A stretch of 64,000 nucleotides of DNA from a virus. Taxonomy: Duplodnaviria; Heunggongvirae; Uroviricota; Caudoviricetes. The position numbers were made by a program, and so were the translations under genes. The notes beneath the pieces were generated by a model. That model was not told where the DNA came from. It searched no databases and saw nothing but the letters and a program-made list of their open reading frames with translations. The DNA lies in IMG/VR virus record IMGVR_UViG_3300009132_000002, one strand, 5' to 3'. Shown in pieces: positions 1-7,439 of the stretch. Within the stretch, counting starts at the first letter, position 1, and every line of letters begins with the position of its first letter.

Positions 1-144
1 AATCCAAAAAGTACGGAAAGCAAGAGCTTTAAAAACATCATCCTGTTTTATTGGGAGAAATTCTGGTTTATCTTCATCATCTAATCCGACAGGCATTCCT
101 ATGGTTCTACTCCATAGTTTTAACCATCTTCTTTGTCCGCTCAT
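1..144 (-). CDS. hypothetical protein, N-terminal part only (gene continues beyond left edge)
   Basis: ATG (plus 'cat' 142-144) overlaps the stop of the upstream ORF as TAATG; frame stays open to the window edge (MSGQRRWLKLWSRTIGMPVGL...). Confidence 0.3.
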   Translation of the reverse strand, partial: MSGQRRWLKLWSRTIGMPVGLDDEDKPEFLPIKQDDVFKALAFRTFWI

Positions 145-329
145 TATAGATTTTTTCCATCAGGTTCGTGTGTTGCTGAATTAGACCAAGCCCAACGCAT
201 ACAATTAAATTTATTATAATGGTTATGCCATGAGTCGTTCTGGGACATACCCATGAGCATACCATTTTTTCTAAGAACATGATACCATGCTATAAATCTT
301 TTAAATCTTTGGGTCATATTGATTGCCAT
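144..329 (-). CDS. hypothetical small protein (61 aa)
   Basis: ORF track; tightly packed with neighbouring minus-strand ORFs. Confidence 0.3.
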   Translation of the reverse strand: MAINMTQRFKRFIAWYHVLRKNGMLMGMSQNDSWHNHYNKFNCMRWAWSNSATHEPDGKNL

Positions 330-564
330 TATATCCAGATCCTGTTTTATTTGGACCAGTTTCTACTCCGCTATTGCAACCTACAACAACCACAAGTAAA
401 AAGAATATGGACCAAAGTACTATTCTTTTAGTCCACACCATGAATTGTTCAAATGTTTTTTCTGCTTCTGCTTGCGCTGCGGCTCTTACTTCTTCGTCAG
501 TCATGTTCGCCGCCAGGACCTCTACTACTATAAAAACTATGGGGATTGCGTTTAGCTGTTTCAA
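301..564 (-). CDS. hypothetical membrane protein (87 aa, one TM segment)
   Basis: ORF track; hydrophobic stretch IVLWSIFFLLVVVVGC. Confidence 0.35.
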   Translation of the reverse strand: MKQLNAIPIVFIVVEVLAANMTDEEVRAAAQAEAEKTFEQFMVWTKRIVLWSIFFLLVVVVGCNSGVETGPNKTGSGYNGNQYDPKI

Positions 565-802
565 ATACAGCTACAGTAATAGCGGTAGCACCCAGTAACA
601 GCGTATGTGCTATCATACTATAAAGCCCTGCCCACATACTCCCTATAATAATACCAAACGCAATACACCACATCCAAGCCAATACTTGCATAATCATATG
701 TCTTGTATTTAAATCTGGAATGTTACGCAATGGATTAAGATTGTGATCCATTACAACATTCCAACTGTTGTAAATAAAATTAATCATCGTCTTTCCTATC
801 AA
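497..802 (-). CDS. hypothetical multi-pass membrane protein (101 aa)
   Basis: ORF track; several hydrophobic segments (WMWCIAFGIIIGSMWAGLYSMIAHTLLLGATAI). Overlaps the previous ORF, so one start is likely shorter. Confidence 0.35.
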   Translation of the reverse strand: MIGKTMINFIYNSWNVVMDHNLNPLRNIPDLNTRHMIMQVLAWMWCIAFGIIIGSMWAGLYSMIAHTLLLGATAITVAVFETAKRNPHSFYSSRGPGGEHD

Positions 803-862
803 AAATTAGAAACAGGGCCGCCATTACTAATGAAAGCCCCGCCAATATTACCCAATCGGGCA

Positions 863-1084
863 TTACTTTTTCTCCGTCACAAAAGAATACATTTCTTTTG
901 CCTTTTCCATTAGTTCATCCATATCATACATTTTATATGCATGTTCAATTTCTTCGTAGGTTTTCATCCCTTGTTCTCTGAAATCCTTCATCAGCTGTAT
1001 GTTCATATTATACTGCTGATCCATATAATCTTTTGCTAGTTTAAGCATATCTGCTCTAATTTCAAATGGGTTCTTATTAGTCAT
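863..1084 (-). CDS. hypothetical protein (73 aa)
   Basis: ORF track; same strand as the block; start overlaps the next gene's stop. Confidence 0.4.
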   Translation of the reverse strand: MTNKNPFEIRADMLKLAKDYMDQQYNMNIQLMKDFREQGMKTYEEIEHAYKMYDMDELMEKAKEMYSFVTEKK

Positions 1085-1277
1085 TGATAAGTCCTTTCAT
1101 ATCTTTTGCAAGCTTATCGACACCTTCGTCCATAGCCTTTAATTGATCTTTATAAAAATTGAAAGTATAAGCATTAAATGCTTTGCTAAAAGTATTCCAT
1201 CCGGTTACTTTTAAGTCGACCATTTCTTCAAAAAATGTTTTGTTATGATCCATTAGTTGTTTGTGTGTAAAAATCAT
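1077..1277 (-). CDS. hypothetical protein (66 aa)
   Basis: ORF track. Confidence 0.4.
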   Translation of the reverse strand: MIFTHKQLMDHNKTFFEEMVDLKVTGWNTFSKAFNAYTFNFYKDQLKAMDEGVDKLAKDMKGLIND

Positions 1278-1309
1278 TTAGATTCTCCTTGTGTGTGATG
1301 TGTGACCAT

Positions 1310-1348
1310 GGGGGCGATTACCCGCCCCCTCGGCTGTTTTATTTTTCT
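1310..1348 (+). terminator. plus-strand intrinsic terminator-like hairpin (GGGGGCG-ATTAC-CGCCCCC) followed by a T-rich tract
   Basis: Perfect 7-bp GC stem, then tcggctgTTTTATTTTT; oriented against the minus-strand genes around it. Confidence 0.35.
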
Positions 1349-1563
1349 CCAGCCATTTCTTTACAGTCAAATGATGATTTAGAAAGTTGAATCGGAACAC
1401 CGCCTGCTTGAATACAAGCTTGTTGCCAATTCGGTTGTCTATAACTATCATAAACCGCAAACATACCGATACTAATACAAATAAAGATTAATACCGACAT
1501 AGCTATGAAGGAAGCAACTCCTAATTTGTCTACAATCTCTGCAGACATTGTTTGACTAGTCAT
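1339..1563 (-). CDS. small membrane protein (74 aa)
   Basis: ORF track; TM segment VASFIAMSVLIFICISIGMFAV; start/stop coupled to the proteolipid gene upstream. Confidence 0.4.
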   Translation of the reverse strand: MTSQTMSAEIVDKLGVASFIAMSVLIFICISIGMFAVYDSYRQPNWQQACIQAGGVPIQLSKSSFDCKEMAGEK

Positions 1564-1799
1564 TATACAGCAAACATTAACAATAATGCAACAAGGAACG
1601 AAAAGATTCCTAGTGCTTCAGCAAATGCTATACCAACAAACATATTGGCATTTTGTTCTGCTGATCTATGTGGCATAGCCATAGCAGCTTTTAGAAAAGA
1701 ACCTACAACGGTTCCTACTCCAATTGCTGCTAAACCCATGCCCATGCATGCTAATCCAGCACCAATCAATGATCCCATTTGTACGATATCACCGGTCAT
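1563..1799 (-). CDS. F/V-type ATP synthase subunit c-like proteolipid
   Basis: 78 aa with two TM helices. Helix 1 is Gly-rich ([12 protein letters not shown]). Helix 2 carries a conserved acidic residue in [25 protein letters not shown], compare c-subunit VALVEALPIIGVV / AVAESTGIYSLVIALILL. The polar loop is HRSAEQN rather than the canonical RQP. Confidence 0.5.
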   Translation of the reverse strand: MTGDIVQMGSLIGAGLACMGMGLAAIGVGTVVGSFLKAAMAMPHRSAEQNANMFVGIAFAEALGIFSFLVALLLMFAV

Positions 1800-1977
1800 T
1801 GCGTAATTTCCCGGCTTCTATCATTAGCTTCTTGGCTTCCTCGTGCATACCCAGCTTTGTAAGTTCGGCAGCCGCTCTCGAGTAACCCAGAAGTCTCGCA
1901 TAGTGATCTATTGAAGACCACAATCCCGATAAGGGTGAGAATACATAGTTTGATACCAATGCTGTCATTAAACCCAT
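1789..1977 (-). CDS. hypothetical protein (62 aa)
   Basis: ORF track. Confidence 0.3.
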   Translation of the reverse strand: MGLMTALVSNYVFSPLSGLWSSIDHYARLLGYSRAAAELTKLGMHEEAKKLMIEAGKLRNDR

Positions 1978-2285
1978 CCTTTCATGTTGCTGTTAGTTTC
2001 AGCTGATATTTTCATATCAGCGTCTTTACGTGCAACAGAATAGATGTCTCCTCGACACATACCAATATCTGCTAATTCACGATCAGTTAACATATTAAGT
2101 TCTCTAATAGTTTGTTTGATCGCTGCTTGATTTGTTCTGTATCTTATAAAAGACCTAAAGAGTTCTATGAATAGTTCAATTGCCCTCGTTGAGTAATTGT
2201 GGGCTGTTAGTATTGCCTGTGTCATTGTTTTCCTCGTTTTTACCAATGTTGATTTTACGAGGACGCATTTCTTCTGGAACAACAT
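1968..2285 (-). CDS. hypothetical protein; C-terminus resembles DUF1127 (LTDRELADIGMCRGDI). True start probably internal.
   Basis: ORF track. The 5' end overlaps the hsp20 gene by about 110 nt, so the real start is likely a downstream Met. Confidence 0.35.
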   Translation of the reverse strand: MLFQKKCVLVKSTLVKTRKTMTQAILTAHNYSTRAIELFIELFRSFIRYRTNQAAIKQTIRELNMLTDRELADIGMCRGDIYSVARKDADMKISAETNSNMKGWV

Positions 2286-2670
2286 ACTTCAGTTCGATTG
2301 CAAGTATGCCGTCTTGAATATCTGCTCCGTGCACTTTTACGTGCTCAGACAGCCGGAATGTGCGTTTGAATTTCTTTGTGGAAATACCACGGTGAATAAA
2401 CTCACGACCCCTTGAGACATGTTCTCCAGTTACTGTCAAAGTTCTATCTTTAACTTCAACGGATAATTCATCTTTAGAAAATCCCGCGACAGCAAGCTCA
2501 ATAAGATAATCGTTCTCATCGGCCTTAATAATATTATGTGGGGGATAATGATCTTTTGAATGTTTAGCGGTATATTCTAACTCGTTAAACAGATGGTCAA
2601 AGCCAACAAAAGATGAGCGTGGAAAAAGTGTTTGTATGCCTGTCATTGTTTTCTCCTTTTTGTCAAGCAA
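2176..2670 (-). CDS. small heat shock protein, Hsp20/alpha-crystallin family
   Basis: Alpha-crystallin domain signature NDYLIELAVAGFSKDELSVEVKDRTLTVTGE...FKRTFRLSEHVKV...ILAIEL, similar to IbpA/IbpB. Confidence 0.8.
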   Translation of the reverse strand: MLDKKEKTMTGIQTLFPRSSFVGFDHLFNELEYTAKHSKDHYPPHNIIKADENDYLIELAVAGFSKDELSVEVKDRTLTVTGEHVSRGREFIHRGISTKKFKRTFRLSEHVKVHGADIQDGILAIELKYVVPEEMRPRKINIGKNEENNDTGNTNSPQLLNEGN

Positions 2671-2749
2671 GAATTAATAGTGGACCAGTAAAACTGCATC
2701 CACTATTATTTATAATGATGAGCTATTACTCTAGTGAATAGCTGCTATT

Positions 2750-3166
2750 CTATTTACGTCCAATATTATATTTTGGACATAATTCCCATTCCTGTTTATC
2801 TTTAAACGGAATGATTTTAATTTGTCTTAGAGGTGATAAAGGCTGCGCTTTATTTTCATCTTGGATTGTAACCAAACCCCAATCAGACATAAGAGTTGCG
2901 ATTGTATTTCTACGAGCAATATCGCTTTCTTCTAAATTAGATTTTTTACCATCTAATAAAAATAGTTCTTTAAAATGAACTATAAAGTATCTGCCTTGCT
3001 TATGTAATATATGACAAGACTGAAATAATTTTTTTTCTTTTCGAGATGCAACGCCGATGCGTGTAAGTGTTTCTCTGACCTTTAGAAAATCATCAGGCTC
3101 ATTTAGAGAAACTTCTAACATAGTTTCTGGTGTCCATTTCACTAACTCATTATTGACTTCATTCAT
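2750..3166 (-). CDS. regA: translational repressor RegA
   Basis: Collinear similarity to T4 RegA (DFLKVRETLTRIGVA...LFQSCHILHKQGRYFIVHFKEL...DWGLV...EWELCPKYNIG). Confidence 0.75.
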   Translation of the reverse strand: MNEVNNELVKWTPETMLEVSLNEPDDFLKVRETLTRIGVASRKEKKLFQSCHILHKQGRYFIVHFKELFLLDGKKSNLEESDIARRNTIATLMSDWGLVTIQDENKAQPLSPLRQIKIIPFKDKQEWELCPKYNIGRK

Positions 3167-3248
3167 ATCTTCAACTCACGTAAATTTATTATTATAGTTA
3201 TAATACATGATTTTTTTTCATGATAAAACTATTTATAATATACAACTT

Positions 3249-3629
3249 TTAGGGTTTTCTACCACCCTTACTTAACTTTTTGCTGATAAATGTGAGTTGA
3301 TCTTTAGATAGTAATGGCAATACTTGAAATGCCTTTTCTTTAGAATATCCATAATATTCTTTTATCAGATCAATATCTGAATTTTTATCTTCCTTTGCCC
3401 ACTTTGAAAATCTTTTACGTTTTCTAATTAAGGTTCTAAGAAAATCATATTGTAACTTAGAATCTATATGGGCATATCTATTCATCTCATTTGCATATAT
3501 AACAGTATCATTAAAATAAGATAAACCACGATTAACCATAAAAGAATTATATGCTTTCTCATCAAGATTGTCGTGCATAATATTTTCTTTAGAATAGTTA
3601 ATACTATTTAAATAGTCAAAATGGTTCAT
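3249..3629 (-). CDS. clamp-loader small subunit gp62-like
   Basis: Segment RKRKRFSKWAKEDKNSDIDLIKEYYGYSKEKA resembles T4 gp62 [31 protein letters not shown]; located in the 45-44-62-regA block. Shorter than T4 gp62. Confidence 0.5.
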   Translation of the reverse strand: MNHFDYLNSINYSKENIMHDNLDEKAYNSFMVNRGLSYFNDTVIYANEMNRYAHIDSKLQYDFLRTLIRKRKRFSKWAKEDKNSDIDLIKEYYGYSKEKAFQVLPLLSKDQLTFISKKLSKGGRKP

Positions 3630-4231
3630 GATATAGCCCTTACTAATGTTTGCATTCTCATAACATCTACTGCAATATCGTGAACCGGATCGTGATGAAT
3701 AAAGTTATCACAGCCTTCGGGCATAAAACTATTTTTTAATCCGCTACCCCAAGACAGACCTTCTATTATTGATCTAGTATCTCTTAGTTGCCAAAAAGAA
3801 TATGGGTGAGGTTTACAAAGCTGATCCATAATATTTTCAAATATAATAGGATCAAAATTATTACCTCTAGTGTATACTTTACTTCTGAAGGTCATATCAC
3901 CAATTGTAGAAACAAAGAAATCATAAAGTTCTGTAATAGGCCTATCTTGATCCGAGGGAATTAACTGTTTTTTTGCTTCGGGACCCTGCTCGTTCCACCA
4001 TTTTAATGTTTTCTTATCAATAACACGATTATGATTTTTTACTTGATCTTGAACATCAAACTTAATAAGCTTTGCAGATTCTACTAATTCGTTAAATGAA
4101 TATCCATTTTCAGTAGTAAAATTATCTTCTGAAAACTTAAGAGCCGCCAATGAAACCACAACACAATTATATCTATCTGTAGATAATGTTTCAAAGTCAA
4201 AGATAATTGAATTAGACATCTTTAGCCTCAT
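3626..4231 (-). CDS. dexA: DEDDh 3'-5' exonuclease, DexA-like
   Basis: Exo motifs IIFDFETLS, YTRGNNFDPIIF, HHDPVHDIAVD. Collinear similarity to T4 DexA (IKFD..WW.EQ.PEAKK.LIPSDQD). Confidence 0.75.
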   Translation of the reverse strand: MRLKMSNSIIFDFETLSTDRYNCVVVSLAALKFSEDNFTTENGYSFNELVESAKLIKFDVQDQVKNHNRVIDKKTLKWWNEQGPEAKKQLIPSDQDRPITELYDFFVSTIGDMTFRSKVYTRGNNFDPIIFENIMDQLCKPHPYSFWQLRDTRSIIEGLSWGSGLKNSFMPEGCDNFIHHDPVHDIAVDVMRMQTLVRAIS

Positions 4232-4321
4232 CTATTTGTTTTTGGATTATGCGTTCAGGTAAAGAACATATCCAATAGTATGAAAACCAAAAAATAATAT
4301 TATATATTATAATATCTATGC

Positions 4322-5260
4322 TCATTGGAATTCCACATTTGCCATAAGTTCTGTCATACAGGCTACAACATTAAGTTCGTGATCTGCTACAAATGCATTT
4401 TTATATTGATAGTCTGCTAAAATAAGAACAACTTGTGGTATCGATTGTGGCTTTACGGAATCAGACATTCTATCATAGATTCCTCTAAAAATAGAAGATG
4501 CATCGGTATCAATATTATTTACTACCCATGAACGCATTTTCTTAAAATCTTTTGTTTTTAGAAAATCCATAAGGCTCTTAAAAGATTGATCACCAATATT
4601 AACTAGAATGCCAGAATCAATTTTACCACCAATAGAATATCTTTGTGCTTCATTTAAAATTCTACGCCAATCTGGACCATACTTCATGATAAGTTCCGCA
4701 AGAACTTTATTCTCAAATTCTACATTCTCAGACTTAAGAATGGTTTGAAGTCTAGTCATCATTTGGGCGGCTAGTGGTGCCATATCTTTTTTAGAAGTAT
4801 TAAATTCATATACAGAACACCGTGAATGCAGTGGTTCAATAATTCTATTTTTAAAATTACAGGTAAGAATAAATCTACAATTATTAGAAAATTCTTCAAT
4901 GAATCCCCGCAAGGCAGGCTGAGTTGACTGGGGGTTCAAGTAATCAGCCTCATCAAGGATAACAACTTTATAGCCTCCTTGCAGGGAAACAGAAGAGGCA
5001 AATTGTTTAATCTTAGTTCTAAGAGTATCAATATTGCCTTCTTCTGAACCGTTAACCAAAATATAATCAAGATCCAATTCGTTACATAACGCTTTGGCTA
5101 CGGTTGTTTTACCAAGACCGGCAGTACCAGAAAAGAGCATATTTGGCAGCTCTCCGGTCTTGATTATATTTTTAAAGATTGTTTTTAGATTAGGGGTTAG
5201 GATAGTATCTTCAATAGTTGCTGGGCGGTATTTCTCCACCCATAAAAAATCATCATTCAT
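4322..5260 (-). CDS. clamp loader large subunit gp44 (AAA+)
   Basis: Walker A SGTAGLGKTTVAKAL, DEAD-type ILDEADYL, SRC-like arginine region; 312 aa; position next to gp45. Confidence 0.85.
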   Translation of the reverse strand: MNDDFLWVEKYRPATIEDTILTPNLKTIFKNIIKTGELPNMLFSGTAGLGKTTVAKALCNELDLDYILVNGSEEGNIDTLRTKIKQFASSVSLQGGYKVVILDEADYLNPQSTQPALRGFIEEFSNNCRFILTCNFKNRIIEPLHSRCSVYEFNTSKKDMAPLAAQMMTRLQTILKSENVEFENKVLAELIMKYGPDWRRILNEAQRYSIGGKIDSGILVNIGDQSFKSLMDFLKTKDFKKMRSWVVNNIDTDASSIFRGIYDRMSDSVKPQSIPQVVLILADYQYKNAFVADHELNVVACMTELMANVEFQ

Positions 5261-5282
5261 AATATAGTTTTATCCTTAAGAA

Positions 5283-5483
5283 TTAATCTTCAGCTTGTTC
5301 TTGCTTCCAGCTTTCTACGATTTGGACACCCTGTGTACATTGATCCCGCAAATTACCAATAGTGGAAAGTTCTTCACCTCGAAAACCACCACGTTGAGTG
5401 ATAGTATCAATAATAGCAATAGAGCTACGAGAAACTTGATTTAATAGTTCCATTGCACGTTTTGTATCTTCATTATCAGACAT
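5283..5483 (-). CDS. hypothetical small protein between gp45 and gp44
   Basis: ORF track; 66 aa; not present at this position in T4. Confidence 0.4.
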   Translation of the reverse strand: MSDNEDTKRAMELLNQVSRSSIAIIDTITQRGGFRGEELSTIGNLRDQCTQGVQIVESWKQEQAED

Positions 5484-5486
5484 TTA

Positions 5487-6161
5487 TTATTCTCCGTATG
5501 TTGATGTCTTTTCAAGAGCAATCCAATACATAAGATCACTCGCTGAGTTGGTAAATTTTGAAATTAATTTTGAAGAAATTTCTACTTCATAATCTCCTTG
5601 GTCAATCTTTAAATTAGAAATATTAAAGACAAAGTTGTATTTATCACTGGATGAACTACCTTCCACATCAATAGAAAAACTATTTGCTGTAGAATTTTCA
5701 GACGATGTAACAGTCAAACTTACTGCAGATCCACTAGGGGAAACATGAAGTTCACTATGCCCAAGTGCTGAAGCTGCTCGTTTAACTTTACCAAGAGTGT
5801 CTCCATCAAGAGTAAATCTTACATCAGTCTCTGGCATCTTTACTTCTTTAGATGGTGATGTGAGCATTTCTGTATCTGAGTAAAAATACTTCACTTTTGA
5901 TCTACCAGTAGAATCACCAATAATAACATAATTTTCTTCAAAGTTAAGTCGTGGTGAGTCAACTAATCCTAAAACACCTAAAAATTCATTTAGATCATAA
6001 ACTCCAAATGTTTTTGGAAAGCTTTCCTTAATCTCTGCTTTTGAAAGAATATTCTTTGCTTCAGAGATAGTTTGAAGTGTACTACCCTCATTAATAACTA
6101 GGTTAGAATTTACAGAAGCATAATTCTTTAAGATTGAAAGTGTAGAGTCACTGAGTTCCAT
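5487..6161 (-). CDS. sliding clamp gp45
   Basis: N-terminus MELSDSTLSILKNYASVNSNLVINEG and VYDLNEFLGVLGLVDS match T4 gp45 (MKLSKDTTALLKNFATINSGIMLKSG / IYDLNGFLGILSLVND); 224 aa. Confidence 0.9.
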   Translation of the reverse strand: MELSDSTLSILKNYASVNSNLVINEGSTLQTISEAKNILSKAEIKESFPKTFGVYDLNEFLGVLGLVDSPRLNFEENYVIIGDSTGRSKVKYFYSDTEMLTSPSKEVKMPETDVRFTLDGDTLGKVKRAASALGHSELHVSPSGSAVSLTVTSSENSTANSFSIDVEGSSSSDKYNFVFNISNLKIDQGDYEVEISSKLISKFTNSASDLMYWIALEKTSTYGE

Positions 6162-6233
6162 TATATCTATTTCTCCGTTTCATAAAATATATAGTTAATT
6201 ATATCACATATTGTCACTATTGTAAATAGCTTT

Positions 6234-7439
6234 TTAATTTTTTTTAGAAATTAATTTCTCTAATATTGCTAAATTATTAGTTCCTAGGTTATAAAGCAAT
6301 TGTGGATGATTAATAGAACATTTAACAGAATTTCTAGTAAAGTCTAAATCAAAACGAGCACCGGCTGAATCCATACCAGTATTTACAAGAAATACATTAC
6401 AATTATTAGCATGTATCTTTTGCATCAATAAATCACTATATTCGGTTACAGGTCTAGGCATGAACGGTGATCCATAGCATGGGCTAAATATCTTTTTAAT
6501 TTCGTTATTTCCAGCCTCGGTACCGGGCATTTGGCTCGTATATCCTGTTTCAAAGAAACGCCGAACTGTATCACCTTTTATCATACTTATAGGAGGAAAT
6601 GATCCAGTCACATCCATAGTTAAAAAGAATATATTATCTGGATGACTAAAATCTTTATTACTATGATAGGCATTTTCAACTGAGGTAATTGGATAACTTA
6701 ATCTAGCATTTGGCACACCTGGATTTTCTACCACTAAACAGTCTTTATTTCTAGCATCTTCTACGGCATTGAAAATAGTTGGATGGGTTTCTAGGCTAAG
6801 ACCTTCACTTTTAGCATAGCATCCAGTCTCAATCATTCTAATTCCATCTTGATTCCAGTAAACTTCATCATCACTGATTAGCTTATAATCTGGATCACTA
6901 CTTAATGTTGTTTTACCTGTTCCACTTAATCCAAACATAAGATTGGTTGTATCTTTATAAGTAAAGGCACTACAGTGCATTGGTAGCACACCACTTTCTG
7001 GTAGCTCAAAGCTAACGATACCAAAAACACCTTTCTTAATTTCACCTAAAAATGTGGTGCCAGCAATAAGCATCCTGCACTCATTTAGGTGAACATAGAT
7101 TTTGGGTTCTTCGACTTTAAATCCAGTATGATGATATATCGTCCAATCTGCAGTGTATTGTAAAGGATTATCTACTACTGGAAACATATTGCGAACAAAT
7201 TGAGCATGTCTATCGTCATTAGTTTCTACTCTAAAGCAATAACCACAACTATAAAAAACCAAATTATGATTATATTCTAATTCGTACATATCGTTATGTA
7301 ATTTCCAAAAATCTTTTTCATCGCCAATTTTATTATAATCTGGACGATCATGATCAAGATATTTTGTTTTTGAACCAAAGAAATATTTGTTTTTTGGGCT
7401 TCTACCTGTAGGATATGTTTCTATTTCAATATTAGGCAT
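6234..7439 (-). CDS. pckA: phosphoenolpyruvate carboxykinase (ATP), PckA homolog
   Basis: Full catalytic core collinear with E. coli PckA: YPTGRSPKNKYF, HAQFVRNMF, kinase-1a P-loop MFGLSGTGKTTLSSDP, ISDDE..W...G..E.GCYAK, SYPI, FFLT.D..G..PP. 401 aa. Confidence 0.8.
   Translation of the reverse strand: MPNIEIETYPTGRSPKNKYFFGSKTKYLDHDRPDYNKIGDEKDFWKLHNDMYELEYNHNLVFYSCGYCFRVETNDDRHAQFVRNMFPVVDNPLQYTADWTIYHHTGFKVEEPKIYVHLNECRMLIAGTTFLGEIKKGVFGIVSFELPESGVLPMHCSAFTYKDTTNLMFGLSGTGKTTLSSDPDYKLISDDEVYWNQDGIRMIETGCYAKSEGLSLETHPTIFNAVEDARNKDCLVVENPGVPNARLSYPITSVENAYHSNKDFSHPDNIFFLTMDVTGSFPPISMIKGDTVRRFFETGYTSQMPGTEAGNNEIKKIFSPCYGSPFMPRPVTEYSDLLMQKIHANNCNVFLVNTGMDSAGARFDLDFTRNSVKCSINHPQLLYNLGTNNLAILEKLISKKN

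Noticed and set aside
1278-1460. 60-aa minus-strand ORF MRFMIVIDNRIGNKL...
   Set aside because: Most of it overlaps the better-supported membrane-protein gene 1339-1563 in another frame. It also spans the GC hairpin at 1310-1329.
2197-2415. Plus-strand 72-aa ORF inside the hsp20 region
   Set aside because: It is antisense to a well-supported Hsp20 gene with no promoter or RBS.
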